A stretch of 64,000 bases of DNA from Candidatus Magasanikbacteria bacterium GW2011_GWA2_56_11 (GTDB taxonomy: Bacteria > Patescibacteriota > Patescibacteriia > Magasanikbacterales > UBA922), in assembly GCA_001004885.1 (NCBI GenBank), contig LCRX01000011.1, forward strand, positions 2,000-65,999, given 5' to 3'. Of the stretch, positions 28,894 to 38,917 are shown in pieces (positions within the stretch are counted from its first letter, which is position 1; the number at the start of each line of letters is the position of its first letter). The notes under the pieces are model-generated. The model did not search any database. It saw only the letters and a list, made by a program, of their open reading frames with translations, and was not told the origin of the DNA. The translations under genes and the position numbers were made by a program.

Positions 28894-29223
28894 ATGGGGA
28901 CATCGTCTTGGCGGGGCATTGTTACGGCCTGCGTGCTGCTTGGCATGGCTCTGGTCATGGTCTTTACCAGGCTGGGCAGAGGCGGTTCGGCAGAGAGTGT
29001 AGATGCTTGTACGCTGGCCTGCGCCCATGTGGCCGCCTGCGGCGGCTGCATCAAAAACCATGACGGCGCGTGCGTGTCCGCCAGCCAGTGCCACCGGAAT
29101 TGCGCCAGCGAGGCAGAACGGCGAGTAGCGATGTGCGTCGCTGGTCTCTCGACTTGCGACCCTGGCGCCATCAGCCGCTGTTTCGAAAGCCTCGAAACAG
29201 AGCCTCTGTCCGGCTCTGACTGA
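28894..29223 (+). CDS. small secreted Cys-rich protein (~110 aa, 12 Cys)
   Basis: AGGGGGA RBS 7 nt upstream of the ATG; signal/TM segment; Cys spacing suggests disulfide- or metal-binding. Confidence 0.45.
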   Translation: MGTSSWRGIVTACVLLGMALVMVFTRLGRGGSAESVDACTLACAHVAACGGCIKNHDGACVSASQCHRNCASEAERRVAMCVAGLSTCDPGAISRCFESLETEPLSGSD

Positions 29224-29264
29224 CAACTTCCACCCGGCATCAACTGAGACTCTAACCATTTGGA

Positions 29265-29335
29265 GTCTAAGAGGAGGCGCGGGTGGTTTTTGTTTCGCAG
29301 GCATCGGTGCCATTCTTAACCAAAAACCACCCTGC
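29265..29335. terminator. long imperfect hairpin (ggaggcgcgggtggttttt … aaaaaccaccctgcctcc) between convergent genes
   Basis: ~18-bp stem with one bulge, read directly. Confidence 0.35.
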
Positions 29336-29405
29336 CTCCTGCCCGAATCAAGAAGTTTTCTTGGCTCGGGCAGATGGGGTGGTCGGTGGTACAGGCCGGG
29401 CCTGT

Positions 29406-29651
29406 CTAGCGGAACAAAGTTCCGCAGTGGGTGCAGATGTAGCCATCAGAGGTTTCACGGCCGCACTTCGAGCAGCTAAGCTGCCAACCCTGGCTGGCGG
29501 CCGGCGGCGAATCGCGCCCGGCGCCCGACGGGGAAGCGGCCGGGAGCGGGTACTTCTGGCGGTGTTCGCGCGGCCCAGAATCGCGCCGCTTACCCTTCCT
29601 TCCGCCGCCATCCGCGGACCTTTCCTGGTGGCCCTTGTTGTGTTTTGCCAT
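29406..29651 (-). CDS. small basic protein with C-terminal zinc ribbon (CSKCG…CTHCG)
   Basis: GGAG RBS; Lys/Arg-rich N-terminus plus CxxC-12-CxxC. Confidence 0.5.
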   Translation of the reverse strand: MAKHNKGHQERSADGGGRKGKRRDSGPREHRQKYPLPAASPSGAGRDSPPAASQGWQLSCSKCGRETSDGYICTHCGTLFR

Positions 29652-29764
29652 TGCCCACTCCTTGATGGTTTTACATATTCAACAACAATATTAGTTTGAA
29701 GTCAAGCGGCGGCGACGGCCATGGGTAAGGACAACTGGCCGCTAATGGGCTATAATAGCCTTGT

Positions 29765-30622
29765 ATGTCTTTCTCCCTCCCGGCTGAAATAAACTTTACC
29801 ACCTTGGCTATCTTTTCGGCGCTTTTTGGCGGACTGGCGAATATTTTCGTCAAGCGCGTGGTCGAGCGCGTCCGGCCGGAATACGCGCTGGCGCCGGGTT
29901 TTCTTTTTATAGCCGCCAGTCTGGCTTTATTTTCTCCCTGGTTTTATTCTTTTTCCGCGACGCGAGAAGCCATCGGGGCGATCTTTCTGGTGATACTCAT
30001 TGACGGCATTGCCAATTACTATTATTTCAAAACCTTTGTCCAGTCGGAGGTGTCAATCGCGACCCCGCTCCTTTCGGTGGCGCCGCTGTTTACTTTCGTT
30101 TTTGGCTGGTTTTTTTTGGCCGAAGCGGTGTCGGCGCCCAAACTGGCGGCGGCCGTCTGTATTGTCGTCCTGCTCGTGATTTTTTCTTGGGACCGCCGAG
30201 ATATTCGCCGCTTCGAGCGCGGCACTCTGGCTCCGGCAATTATCTCGGCCGTCCTGTTCGGGGCTTCGGCTATCCCGGCCAAGTACCTGTTGTCCACTCT
30301 CGGGGCCCTTAACGCGCCGACACTCTATATGTTTCGCGCTCTGGCTATTGGCGCGGTGCTCAGCCTCGTGTACCGGCGCGCTTACGCCACCATTAAACAA
30401 GGCGATTACCGGTTTATTTTTCTCCAGGCCGCCATGGCCATCGGGCAGTGGCTGTTATTGTACAGCGCCCTGTCGCGGGGAGAGTCGGGCATTACGGTAA
30501 CCCTGGCCAACACTGTCCCTATATTCACATTTATTTTCGGCGCGCTTTTTCTGCGTGAACGGATTACCGTAAAAAAGGTTGTGGCGACGGCGCTCGTGAT
30601 AGGATTGGTGCTCGTAGTTTGA
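29765..30622 (+). CDS. EamA/DMT-family transporter
   Basis: 10-TM topology with duplicated EamA halves. Confidence 0.8.
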   Translation: MSFSLPAEINFTTLAIFSALFGGLANIFVKRVVERVRPEYALAPGFLFIAASLALFSPWFYSFSATREAIGAIFLVILIDGIANYYYFKTFVQSEVSIATPLLSVAPLFTFVFGWFFLAEAVSAPKLAAAVCIVVLLVIFSWDRRDIRRFERGTLAPAIISAVLFGASAIPAKYLLSTLGALNAPTLYMFRALAIGAVLSLVYRRAYATIKQGDYRFIFLQAAMAIGQWLLLYSALSRGESGITVTLANTVPIFTFIFGALFLRERITVKKVVATALVIGLVLVV

Positions 30623-30849
30623 TTGAGAGTCAACGCCCGGCGGCCCCACCAGACGCTTGGCTACGTCCCGCCCATCAATTTTCATTTTAAATACCACAAA
30701 GTGTTACCGATGTACCCGTCTAGTACAATGGCTTGACACCTTACCTCAACAGTGCTAATTTTGTTGCGGAAACCGCGTGTTCTATTGCGCGCTGGTTGCA
30801 ACGATGACAAGGGGATTGCTGCCCTGTCCAGCTCGACGACTACCCGTAT

Positions 30850-31683
30850 GTGGAGTTCATGCGGGCGGTTGACGAGGTCGCGGACGGGCTCCTCCACTAC
30901 GGCTGTGTCTTCTTCGAGGCGCACGATCGTCCGTTCCTGGATCCGTACGAGTGGCTCGCACTCGTCGAGCTCCTGAACCAGGATTTCCTCGCCCGAGGGG
31001 GCGAGGAGTGGTCCGAGCCGCGGTCGGCGGCCATGGCCATGTTCCAGCGCATCGACGAGGCCGAACGCTGCGCCCAGGCGCGCCGGAAGCTCAGCCGTCT
31101 GCCCCGCGACGTGCTCGAGACCATGGCCGCGCATCTCGAGGACAGGGCCCGGAAGATGTTCGCCGTCCGGCGGCAGACCCTCCAGTCCTGGCACGATGGG
31201 CAGACGCTCATCATCGAGTTCTCCCGCGGATTCGGCCTCGGGATGCCGGACGACCCGCCCAGGGGGTACGAGGCTGCCCTGCGGCAGCTTCATCCATCCA
31301 TCCTGGCCGAGGCCTCGATCCTGTACGTGAGTGTAGACCCGGCGGAGTCGCGGCGCAAGAACGCGGAACGCGCGGTGCCGCCTCCCGGCTGCACCGACAC
31401 GGGCATCTACCACGGCGTCCCGACGAGCGTCATGCTCGGCGAGTACGCGCGCGACGACATGAGCCGCCTCATCGAAGAAGGCGGACACGGCGACCTGATC
31501 GTGATCCCGGCGCACGGCATGCACCATCATCTGCCGGTGGCCGTCCTCGACAACAGGCGCGACCTGACCACCTTCGTGCGCGGAGACCCCAAGGACTGGC
31601 CCGCGGACAAGGCCCTCGTCCTGCACACCGCCCTTCGGGAAGCCCTGCGCCCCCTGCCCCGCAGGCAAGGCTGTTCATTCTGA
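30850..31683 (+). CDS. hypothetical protein encoded in a ~68% GC islet (GTG start)
   Basis: Followed by terminator hairpin ccccgaggcg…cgcctcgggg at ~31715-31745; antisense ORFs are shadows. Confidence 0.4.
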   Translation: MEFMRAVDEVADGLLHYGCVFFEAHDRPFLDPYEWLALVELLNQDFLARGGEEWSEPRSAAMAMFQRIDEAERCAQARRKLSRLPRDVLETMAAHLEDRARKMFAVRRQTLQSWHDGQTLIIEFSRGFGLGMPDDPPRGYEAALRQLHPSILAEASILYVSVDPAESRRKNAERAVPPPGCTDTGIYHGVPTSVMLGEYARDDMSRLIEEGGHGDLIVIPAHGMHHHLPVAVLDNRRDLTTFVRGDPKDWPADKALVLHTALREALRPLPRRQGCSF

Positions 31684-31821
31684 TCTTTCTTCGGGATTGA
31701 CGACGCCAGACCATCCCACTCCCCGAGGCGATAAATATTGCCGCCTCGGGGAGATGGTTTTGCCAAATTAAAACCACCCATATAAGTATGGGTGGTTTTA
31801 ATTCCAATGAAGAATCCCAAT

Positions 31822-31897
31822 TGGTGACCCGGGTGGGGATCGAACCCACGACCGTTGGCTTAAAAGGCCACTGCTCTACCAGCTGAGCTACCGGGTC
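31822..31897 (-). tRNA. tRNA-Lys (anticodon TTT), CCA encoded
   Basis: Acceptor GACCCGG/CCGGGTC, anticodon loop CTTTTAA, T-arm GTGGG-TTCGATC-CCCAC; 76 nt. Confidence 0.9.
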
Positions 31898-31903
31898 TAA
31901 GAG

Positions 31904-31960
31904 AGAATTGATAGTGAGTTATCAGCAATTCCCTTTCCTAAGTCGAGCCGAAACATGGTT
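31904..31960 (+). repeat. truncated copy of MITE-like family 1 (left ~55 bp only)
   Basis: gaattgatagtgagttatcagcaattccctttcctaagtcgagccgaaacat matches the left end of the element, then diverges. Confidence 0.5.
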
Positions 31961-32008
31961 ATGGTATACTAAGGCTCATCAACTGTCAACTATCCCAAGC
32001 TGCGCAGT

Positions 32009-34684
32009 ATGAATTTTCACGCCCAAAGTATAGCACAGGTTTTGGCCGCGGTGCAAGGCGCCAGCCAGGGTTTGGCCGCCGGCGAAGCGCAGGAGCGCCT
32101 GCGGCGGTACGGAGCGAACATTCTGCCCCGTTCTCTCCGGCATGCCGGAGCCCTTAAAATTTTCTTTTCGCAATTCAAAAGTCCGCTTATCAGCCTGCTC
32201 ATCGCAGCCGGCTTCGTGAGCGCTATTTTGGGTGAGGTGCCGGACACAATCGTCATCGCCATTACGGCGGCCATGAATGTGGCGGTCGGATTTTTTCAGG
32301 AGTACAAAGCCAATAACGCGCTAAGCAAACTTCAAGAGCTGGTGCAGTATTCGGCGCTGGTCGTGCGCGGCGGCAGCCTGGAGCGCGTGAGGAGCGAACA
32401 GCTGGTAGTGGGCGACGTCATTCTGCTCGAAGCCGGGGACAAAGTCCCGGCCGATGCCAGGCTTATCGAGAGCCTGGATTTGGAGGTTAACGAAGCTCCG
32501 CTGACCGGCGAGTCTGAACCGGTCAAAAAACAGACGCGCAAGGTGGCCCTGGAGGCGGTTCTGGCCGAGCGCACGAACATGGTTTATCACGGCACTCTAG
32601 TGGCCAACGGCCGCGGCCGGGCAGTGGTGGCGGCGACCGGCCGCGCGACCGAAATTGGCCGCATAGCGGAACTGGTGCGAAAAACCGAGGAGCAAGTTAC
32701 GCCTCTGCAGCGCGCTCTATCGAATTTGAGCCGCCGGATCGGGTACGCGGTCCTCGCCCTGTCGGCGGCAATCTTTGTTTTGGGCCTTATCCGCGCGCCA
32801 GGGGCATACTCGTACCTGGAGCTTTTTAAGGTCGCGGTCGCGATCGCGGTGGCGGCAATTCCCGAGGGGCTGCCGATTTCGTTAACCGTTATTTTAGCCG
32901 TCGGCATGCAATACCTGGTCAAGCGCCAGGCGCTCGTGCGCCGCTTGCTGGCCGCGGAAACGCTCGGCTCGGTAAGCGTGATTTGTACCGACAAGACCGG
33001 CACCCTCACGGAGGGGATTATGCGTGTTACCAGGGTTATCACGGCGCGCGAACAGTTTGACCGCGATGAACTGGCGACCTTGCGCCAGCGTCCCGAGGAC
33101 CGGCACCGCGACGCTTTATTGGCGTTGCGCATCGCCGTCTTGGCCAACAACGCCGTGGTTCAACCGGGCCGGGACGGCGCGTCCGTTTATCTGGGGGATA
33201 CGACCGAGACAGCGCTGGCCGAACAGGGGCAGAGCGCCGGACTGGATAAAGACATATTGGATAAAGCGTTTATGCGCCTGGCCGAAGTACCGTTCGACAG
33301 CCGCCGCAAGTTTATGGCCACCTTGCACCGTGTAGACCACGAAACTGCGCTTTATGCCAAGGGCGCTTTCGAGGCCCTGCTGCCGCGTTTGGGATTTTAC
33401 GAAGAAAACGGTCGGCCCAAGAAATTGAGTCCCCGGCAGCTGGAGTGGTTTTTGGGCCAGGAAGCGGAATTTTCCGGGCAGGGTCTGCGCGTGTTAGCCG
33501 TGGCCTACAAGCTCTGTCCGCTCGACAAAAAGACGCTCGCCGACAGCGATGTTGATGATTTGACGTTAGTGGGCTTTATCGCCCTTTCCGACCCGCTGCG
33601 CGTCGACGTCAAAAACACGATCGAACGGGCCAAGAGCGCCGGCATCCGCGTGGTGATGATAACCGGCGACCACGAACGCACGGCCGAGGCGATTGGACGC
33701 GAACTCGGCCTAGTCGCTGATACCAAAAGCGTCCTTAACGGCAAGTACCTGAAAGAAACGTCCGACGCCGAGCTGTCTTCTTTGATCGAGCGGATAAACG
33801 TGTTTGCCCGTATCGACCCGGCCGACAAAATCCGTATCGTGCAGGCTTGGCAAAAACAGGGCCAAATCGTCGCCATGACCGGCGACGGCGTAAACGACAG
33901 TCCGGCGCTCAAGGCGGCGGACATTGGCGTGGCCGTCGGTTCGGGCACGGATATCGCCAAGCAGATAGCCGACTTGGTACTCCTGGACGACCGCTTTAGC
34001 ACCATTATCGCGGCGGTCGAAGAGGGAAGGCGCATTTACCAGAATATTCAGAAAGTGCTCCTGTACCTTTTGTCATTCAGCCTGGCAGAGGTAGCCCTGA
34101 TCGCCGTGAGCCTCGCGGCCGGGTGGCCGCTGGCGCTTTTGCCCGCGCAGATACTCTGGCTAAATTTGGTGCAAGACACGTTCCCGGCGGTTTCCCTGGC
34201 CTTTGACGCCGGCGATCCGGAGAATATGAAAGATTTGCCGCGCCCCAAAGGAACAAGGGTCCTAACGCCGGCACTCGCGAAGTTCGTGGCTCTCGTGATT
34301 GGCGCCTCGAGCATCCTGCTTATCGTCACCTATGGCCTGGCTTACCGGATTACCCAAGACGAGGTGTTTACGCGCACGATAGTTTTTGCCGCCTTGGGAG
34401 TGGTTTCGCTCTTTGTGGTTTACCCGGTCAGGAGTCTGCGCCGGGGCGTGTGGCAAATAGCAGTATTCTCGAACCGTTACTTGACCGCGGCCGTGCTTTT
34501 TGGGATAGTGATGCTGGTCGCCGCTATCTACCTGCCGCCGCTGCAGACGCTTTTGGGCACGGTACCCTTGCCGCTTACGGCCTGGGGTATAATTGCCGCC
34601 CTCGCGTTGGCGGCCATTGGTCTTATCGAGGCCGGCAAGCGGCTGCTCTCCGGGCGCCTGGCAGCCGAAGCCAAGCGGCGCTAA
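32009..34684 (+). CDS. P-type cation-transporting ATPase (type IIA/Ca2+-like)
   Basis: Cation_ATPase_N, DKTGTLT phosphorylation site, TGES, GDGVNDSPALKAADIG. Confidence 0.9.
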   Translation: MNFHAQSIAQVLAAVQGASQGLAAGEAQERLRRYGANILPRSLRHAGALKIFFSQFKSPLISLLIAAGFVSAILGEVPDTIVIAITAAMNVAVGFFQEYKANNALSKLQELVQYSALVVRGGSLERVRSEQLVVGDVILLEAGDKVPADARLIESLDLEVNEAPLTGESEPVKKQTRKVALEAVLAERTNMVYHGTLVANGRGRAVVAATGRATEIGRIAELVRKTEEQVTPLQRALSNLSRRIGYAVLALSAAIFVLGLIRAPGAYSYLELFKVAVAIAVAAIPEGLPISLTVILAVGMQYLVKRQALVRRLLAAETLGSVSVICTDKTGTLTEGIMRVTRVITAREQFDRDELATLRQRPEDRHRDALLALRIAVLANNAVVQPGRDGASVYLGDTTETALAEQGQSAGLDKDILDKAFMRLAEVPFDSRRKFMATLHRVDHETALYAKGAFEALLPRLGFYEENGRPKKLSPRQLEWFLGQEAEFSGQGLRVLAVAYKLCPLDKKTLADSDVDDLTLVGFIALSDPLRVDVKNTIERAKSAGIRVVMITGDHERTAEAIGRELGLVADTKSVLNGKYLKETSDAELSSLIERINVFARIDPADKIRIVQAWQKQGQIVAMTGDGVNDSPALKAADIGVAVGSGTDIAKQIADLVLLDDRFSTIIAAVEEGRRIYQNIQKVLLYLLSFSLAEVALIAVSLAAGWPLALLPAQILWLNLVQDTFPAVSLAFDAGDPENMKDLPRPKGTRVLTPALAKFVALVIGASSILLIVTYGLAYRITQDEVFTRTIVFAALGVVSLFVVYPVRSLRRGVWQIAVFSNRYLTAAVLFGIVMLVAAIYLPPLQTLLGTVPLPLTAWGIIAALALAAIGLIEAGKRLLSGRLAAEAKRR

Positions 34685-34736
34685 ACAACCGGCGTTTTGC
34701 CTTTTTAGGTTTGTTAATCTATTTACTAACCTGTCT

Positions 34737-35312
34737 ATGATGCTCCAAAAGACCTATATCGAGACCGTGCGCCAACATTTGCTGGATTACGCGGCCAAGC
34801 GCCGCGAAGTAATCAAAACCACGGGCGACGCTCTGCACCACGCCAAGCGCGCTATTTTCGCTCTGCAGCGTGATGACCGGGACGAAGCGCAGGCTAAACT
34901 AAAGGACGTGGAGGCGATTTTCAAAACCTTGAACCAGACCTACAAAAAGAATCCGCTGGTTCTGGCCGAAGGGTCATACGCGGCCGCGCTCGAGGAGTAC
35001 GTCGAGGCCAAGCTTCTCTACGGTTTCCTGACGACGGGCAAGATCGGGCCGATCAGGGAATTGCCGGTACCCGACGAATCCTATGTGGCCGGGCTCTGCG
35101 ACGTGCCGGGAGAACTGTACCGGTACGCCATCAAATCCGCGACCGAACGCGACTACGCGATGGCCAAAAAATGCGCTGAAATGGCGAGTGAGATTATTGG
35201 CGAGCTCATAGAATTCAACCTGACCAGTTATTTGCGCACCAAGTTTGACCAGGCCAAACAGGCGCTGCACAAGCTCGAACAAGTCGTCTACGAGGTATCG
35301 TTGCGCGATTAG
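34737..35312 (+). CDS. all-helical hypothetical protein, possibly translin-family
   Basis: Start moved to MMLQKT (34737), as the ORF-track start overlaps the ATPase gene. Helical heptads only; family call is tentative. Confidence 0.4.
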   Translation: MMLQKTYIETVRQHLLDYAAKRREVIKTTGDALHHAKRAIFALQRDDRDEAQAKLKDVEAIFKTLNQTYKKNPLVLAEGSYAAALEEYVEAKLLYGFLTTGKIGPIRELPVPDESYVAGLCDVPGELYRYAIKSATERDYAMAKKCAEMASEIIGELIEFNLTSYLRTKFDQAKQALHKLEQVVYEVSLRD

Positions 35313-35336
35313 CCGGCGGGAGCCCGGACAAAAAAT

Positions 35337-36743
35337 ATGCTCAGGCAACTTATAAAACGTTTTTTGCCGCGGAGAGTCGCCAATTTTAGGCATTTTTTTT
35401 ACGCCTGGTGGGGGGCCGTTAAATACCGCCATCCCTCGCGCGAGATGCTTGTTATTGGCGTAACCGGCACCAGCGGCAAGTCATCTACCATCTTTTTTTT
35501 GCGCCAGCTTTTGGAGCAGGCCGGTTATATCGTCGGGTCGCTCTCGACCATTGATTTTTACATCGCCGGCGACAACCGGCTCAATGATCAGAAAATGACC
35601 ATGCTCGGCAAGACGCAGATTCAGAAGTACTTGCGCGAAATGGCGGACAAGGGCTGCCAAGTCGCCATTGTCGAGACCACTTCGGAGGGCCGCGTCCAGC
35701 ACCGGCACCGGTTTATCGCTTACGATATCATGGTTTTGACCAATCTGTATCCGGAACATATCGAGTCCCACGGCAGCTTTGCCAAGTACAAACAGGCCAA
35801 ATTGGACATATTTCGGCATGCCTCCACCTATTACCTTTCGCGCAAAGTGGCGGAGCGGGTCGGCTTTCCCGCGCTCGCGAAAGACTGCTGCAGCGAGCTG
35901 AAAAAAATCGCGCTCGTAAACGGCGATAGCGAGTATGCCGGCGAGTTTTTGCAAACGCCAATGTTTGACGAACGCTATACGTTCGGCCAGTCTGAAACGC
36001 CGCCCGCCGCCGCGGTCGCCGGTTCGTTCGTGGCCCGCTCCGTGAGCTCAGACCGGGATGGGCTCCATTTTGTGGTAGAGCAGTACCGTCTTGAGCCCGA
36101 ACTGTACGGCGAACATAACGTTATGAACATCCTGGCGGCTATCGGCGTCGCCCGCCTTTTGGGCGCGGATTGGCCGGCCATCCAAAAGGGCGTGCACGCG
36201 CTCAAGAATGCTCCGGGCAGAAATGAGCTGATCACCGAGGCTGAGGAGCTTGGTTTCAAAGTAATCGTTGACTACGCGTTTGAACCCCAAGCCATGGCAG
36301 CGCTTTATCGCGTGGCGGAGCTATTGCAGCCGGCGCGCGTGATCCACGTTTTTGGCTCTACCGGGGGCGGACGCGACGTGGCCAGGCGGTTTACCGTCGG
36401 CGCCCTGGCCGGGCAAAAAGCCGATATTTGCATTGTTACCGACGAGGATCCGTATGACGACGATCCGCAAAAGATTATCGCCGATGTCGCGAGCGCCGTC
36501 GCGAGCGCCGGCAAACGCGACGGCGTTGACCTTTTCCGGATTCTCGACCGCCGGCTCGCCATTCAAAAAGCCATTGCGCTGGCGGACCGGGGCGATTTGG
36601 TGTTGGTTACCGGCAAGGGCAGCGAGCAGGCCATGTGTGTCGGCGCCGGGAAAAAAATTCCCTGGGACGACCGGCAGGCGGTAAGGGAGGCGATCCGGGA
36701 GAGGGCGGCGGCCGCGAACGGCGGTCAGCCGGCGCAAAAATAA
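35337..36743 (+). CDS. Mur ligase family protein (MurE/MurF-like)
   Basis: P-loop VIGVTGTSGKSST plus central and C-terminal Mur ligase domains. Confidence 0.8.
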   Translation: MLRQLIKRFLPRRVANFRHFFYAWWGAVKYRHPSREMLVIGVTGTSGKSSTIFFLRQLLEQAGYIVGSLSTIDFYIAGDNRLNDQKMTMLGKTQIQKYLREMADKGCQVAIVETTSEGRVQHRHRFIAYDIMVLTNLYPEHIESHGSFAKYKQAKLDIFRHASTYYLSRKVAERVGFPALAKDCCSELKKIALVNGDSEYAGEFLQTPMFDERYTFGQSETPPAAAVAGSFVARSVSSDRDGLHFVVEQYRLEPELYGEHNVMNILAAIGVARLLGADWPAIQKGVHALKNAPGRNELITEAEELGFKVIVDYAFEPQAMAALYRVAELLQPARVIHVFGSTGGGRDVARRFTVGALAGQKADICIVTDEDPYDDDPQKIIADVASAVASAGKRDGVDLFRILDRRLAIQKAIALADRGDLVLVTGKGSEQAMCVGAGKKIPWDDRQAVREAIRERAAAANGGQPAQK

Positions 36744-36809
36744 TTCCCGGCCAGTATTGGTTTCTTTTGGCTCCGAATCGTCCGGTTTTTGGCATTTTAG
36801 AAGTGTTCT

Positions 36810-37520
36810 ATGCCCTCCATGATCAGCGTCGTTATCCCAGTTTTTAACCGGATAGACATCCTTAAAGATACTCTGGATTCGATCGCGCGTCAGACATATC
36901 CGGAAATCGAAGTCATTGTGGTCGACGACGGCAGCCGGCCGCCGGTAGAGCTTCAGGAATTTGAAGCGAGCGGCAGTCCGTTTAAAAAATTGATTCGTCA
37001 GGAAAACCAAGGCGCGCCCGCGGCGCGCAACCGGGGGTTCGACGAGTCGCGCGGCGAGTACGTCATTTTTTGGGATGCGGATATTATTGCCGAGCCGGAT
37101 ATGCTGAAAAAAATGTCCGCGGCTCTTGCCGTTCACCCCGAGGCCGCCTACGCCTATTGCGACTATTACTTCGGCCGGCACCGTATGCCGGCCGGTCCGT
37201 TTGCGGCCGACCGGCTGCGGCGGCAGAACTACATCGCGGTAACAGCCCTTATCCGCCGGGAAGCGTTCCCGCGCTATGACCAGGCCATCCGCCGGTTTCA
37301 GGATTGGGATTTGTGGTTGACGATGCTAGAGGCCGGCAATACCGGCGTCTATGTGCCGGGATATTTGTACCGCGCCGTTCCGCACCGTTCGGGCATCAGT
37401 ACCTGGTTGCCGGCCATGGCTTATCGGGCGCCCTGGAGATGGCTGCCGGGGTGGCGCGGCCGGGTGCGCGAGTACGAACGGGCGCGGGAGATAATTATCC
37501 GCAAGCATGGCCTGGCCTAA
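36810..37520 (+). CDS. GT2 glycosyltransferase
   Basis: ISVVIPVFNR…VVDDGS and DxD motifs. Confidence 0.8.
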   Translation: MPSMISVVIPVFNRIDILKDTLDSIARQTYPEIEVIVVDDGSRPPVELQEFEASGSPFKKLIRQENQGAPAARNRGFDESRGEYVIFWDADIIAEPDMLKKMSAALAVHPEAAYAYCDYYFGRHRMPAGPFAADRLRRQNYIAVTALIRREAFPRYDQAIRRFQDWDLWLTMLEAGNTGVYVPGYLYRAVPHRSGISTWLPAMAYRAPWRWLPGWRGRVREYERAREIIIRKHGLA

Positions 37521-38879
37521 ACTGGCCGCCGGGCGCCCAATACTCTCTCAGAGAGGGCGTGCGCGTCGCCGACCAGGTTCTCCGGCTTGGTTACGGCGGC
37601 TATAGTGAGAGCCAGAAAGACAATCCCGAAAACATGCGTCAAGGCTGGCGCGGTAACGGTAATCACGAGGAGAGAGGCGAGAGCAGACAGCAGGCCAATG
37701 TGCCAGTCCGGCGCGGGGACAGAGCGCCGGATTTTTTTTGTTATTTCGTAGACAATCAGCGCTATGAGCGCCAAATACCACCCGGTGCCGATTAACCCCA
37801 ATTCGGCTGCCAGCTCGAGATAGCCCCAGTCGAACTGGCGCGTAGTTACAGATTCGTAAGTAACCGGATCGGTATAGGTAAGACTGGCCCCGAAGCCGTG
37901 GCCGGTGAGCGGTCTTTCAGCGATAAGCTGCCGGATCGGACGGAGCAGTCGCAGGCGCGTAGCCGCGCTGGTTTCGATATTGGGTTCAACAATGCTCGCG
38001 AAACGGAAGCCGAGTATTTCGAGGCCGAAACTCTGTCCGCGGCTGGCCACGCCGTTGAGTGCCGCCAATATGCCGACGAGTACCAATGCCGCCAAAGCGG
38101 TTTCCTTGAGCCAGGGGAGCAGGCGATGGCGATATTTTAGAATCAGCGCGCCGGCAATAAGTCCCAGGAAATAGCCCCGGGAAAAATTCAGGACGAGAAC
38201 CAATGAGCCAAGCGCGTAAAGAACGCGCCACAGGGTCTGGAGGCGTCCGGGCCGCATTGAGAGCGACAACATAACCAGCGCGAGCGGCGGGATGATGTAC
38301 GAAAGCGGCGTAGGTAAATAGAGAGAGCAGCGAGGAACTGACAAGAAAAGCCAAAACCAGGCGGATAAGGGTTTCGCGTTCCCGGGCCCGCTCCAACAGG
38401 TGGTGCGCCGGCAGCATGAGCGCCAAAAAAACAAAAGGAAGAGCGTCGGCTATGACTGTCCCGGCGCCATGCTGCCGGGATATGCCCATTCCGGAGGAAA
38501 AGACGGCGATAGAGAATAGCGGCAACGCCAGGTAATAGAGCGCGTGGGGAATGCGGAGTCGGTGGCGGGCTCGCTCATAGACGGCGAAAAAACTCCAGAG
38601 CAAAAGAAATGTTAGCACTGTTAAGGTGCGTAGCGACAATCCGAAAAATTCCAGCATATGTCCCGATCCGCCGAGGAAAATTTCTCCGAGAAGCATGAGC
38701 CAGGCGTATTCTCTTTGTCTGAAGAACACCACGCCGAATACGCACAGCCAGATAAAGACCAGCACCGCCTGCGCGTAAGGGCGGTCCGATAGACCGTACG
38801 AGAGCAGCCGGACGGCCGCGAAAATAGCCAGAAAGCTTGTTGTCTGTAGCGAAAAAAAAATGGAGCGCGCAGAGGGCAT
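37517..38879 (-). pseudogene. O-antigen ligase/polymerase (Wzy_C)-family membrane protein split by a frameshift near 38300-38325
   Basis: ORFs 37986-38879 and 37517-38434 overlap by ~450 nt; each is TM-like only on one side of ~38300. Joined length (~450 aa) fits the WaaL/Wzy family, and the …RLLRPIRQLIAERPLTGHGFG… motif is present. Confidence 0.5.
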
Positions 38880-38917
38880 GGCAATAAAAGTTTTACCCCG
38901 GGAGGGCGGAGTGGGTT

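Noticed and set aside
30682-31700. 328-aa minus-strand and 249-aa plus-strand ORFs
   Set aside because: Overlap the GC-rich orphan gene in other frames; Arg/Pro/Ala-rich translations typical of high-GC shadow ORFs. The plus-frame 30850-31683 gene is supported by a downstream terminator.
36321-37181. 286-aa minus-strand ORF
   Set aside because: Antisense across the Mur ligase 3' end and the GT2 gene 5' end, both of which have clear motifs on the plus strand.
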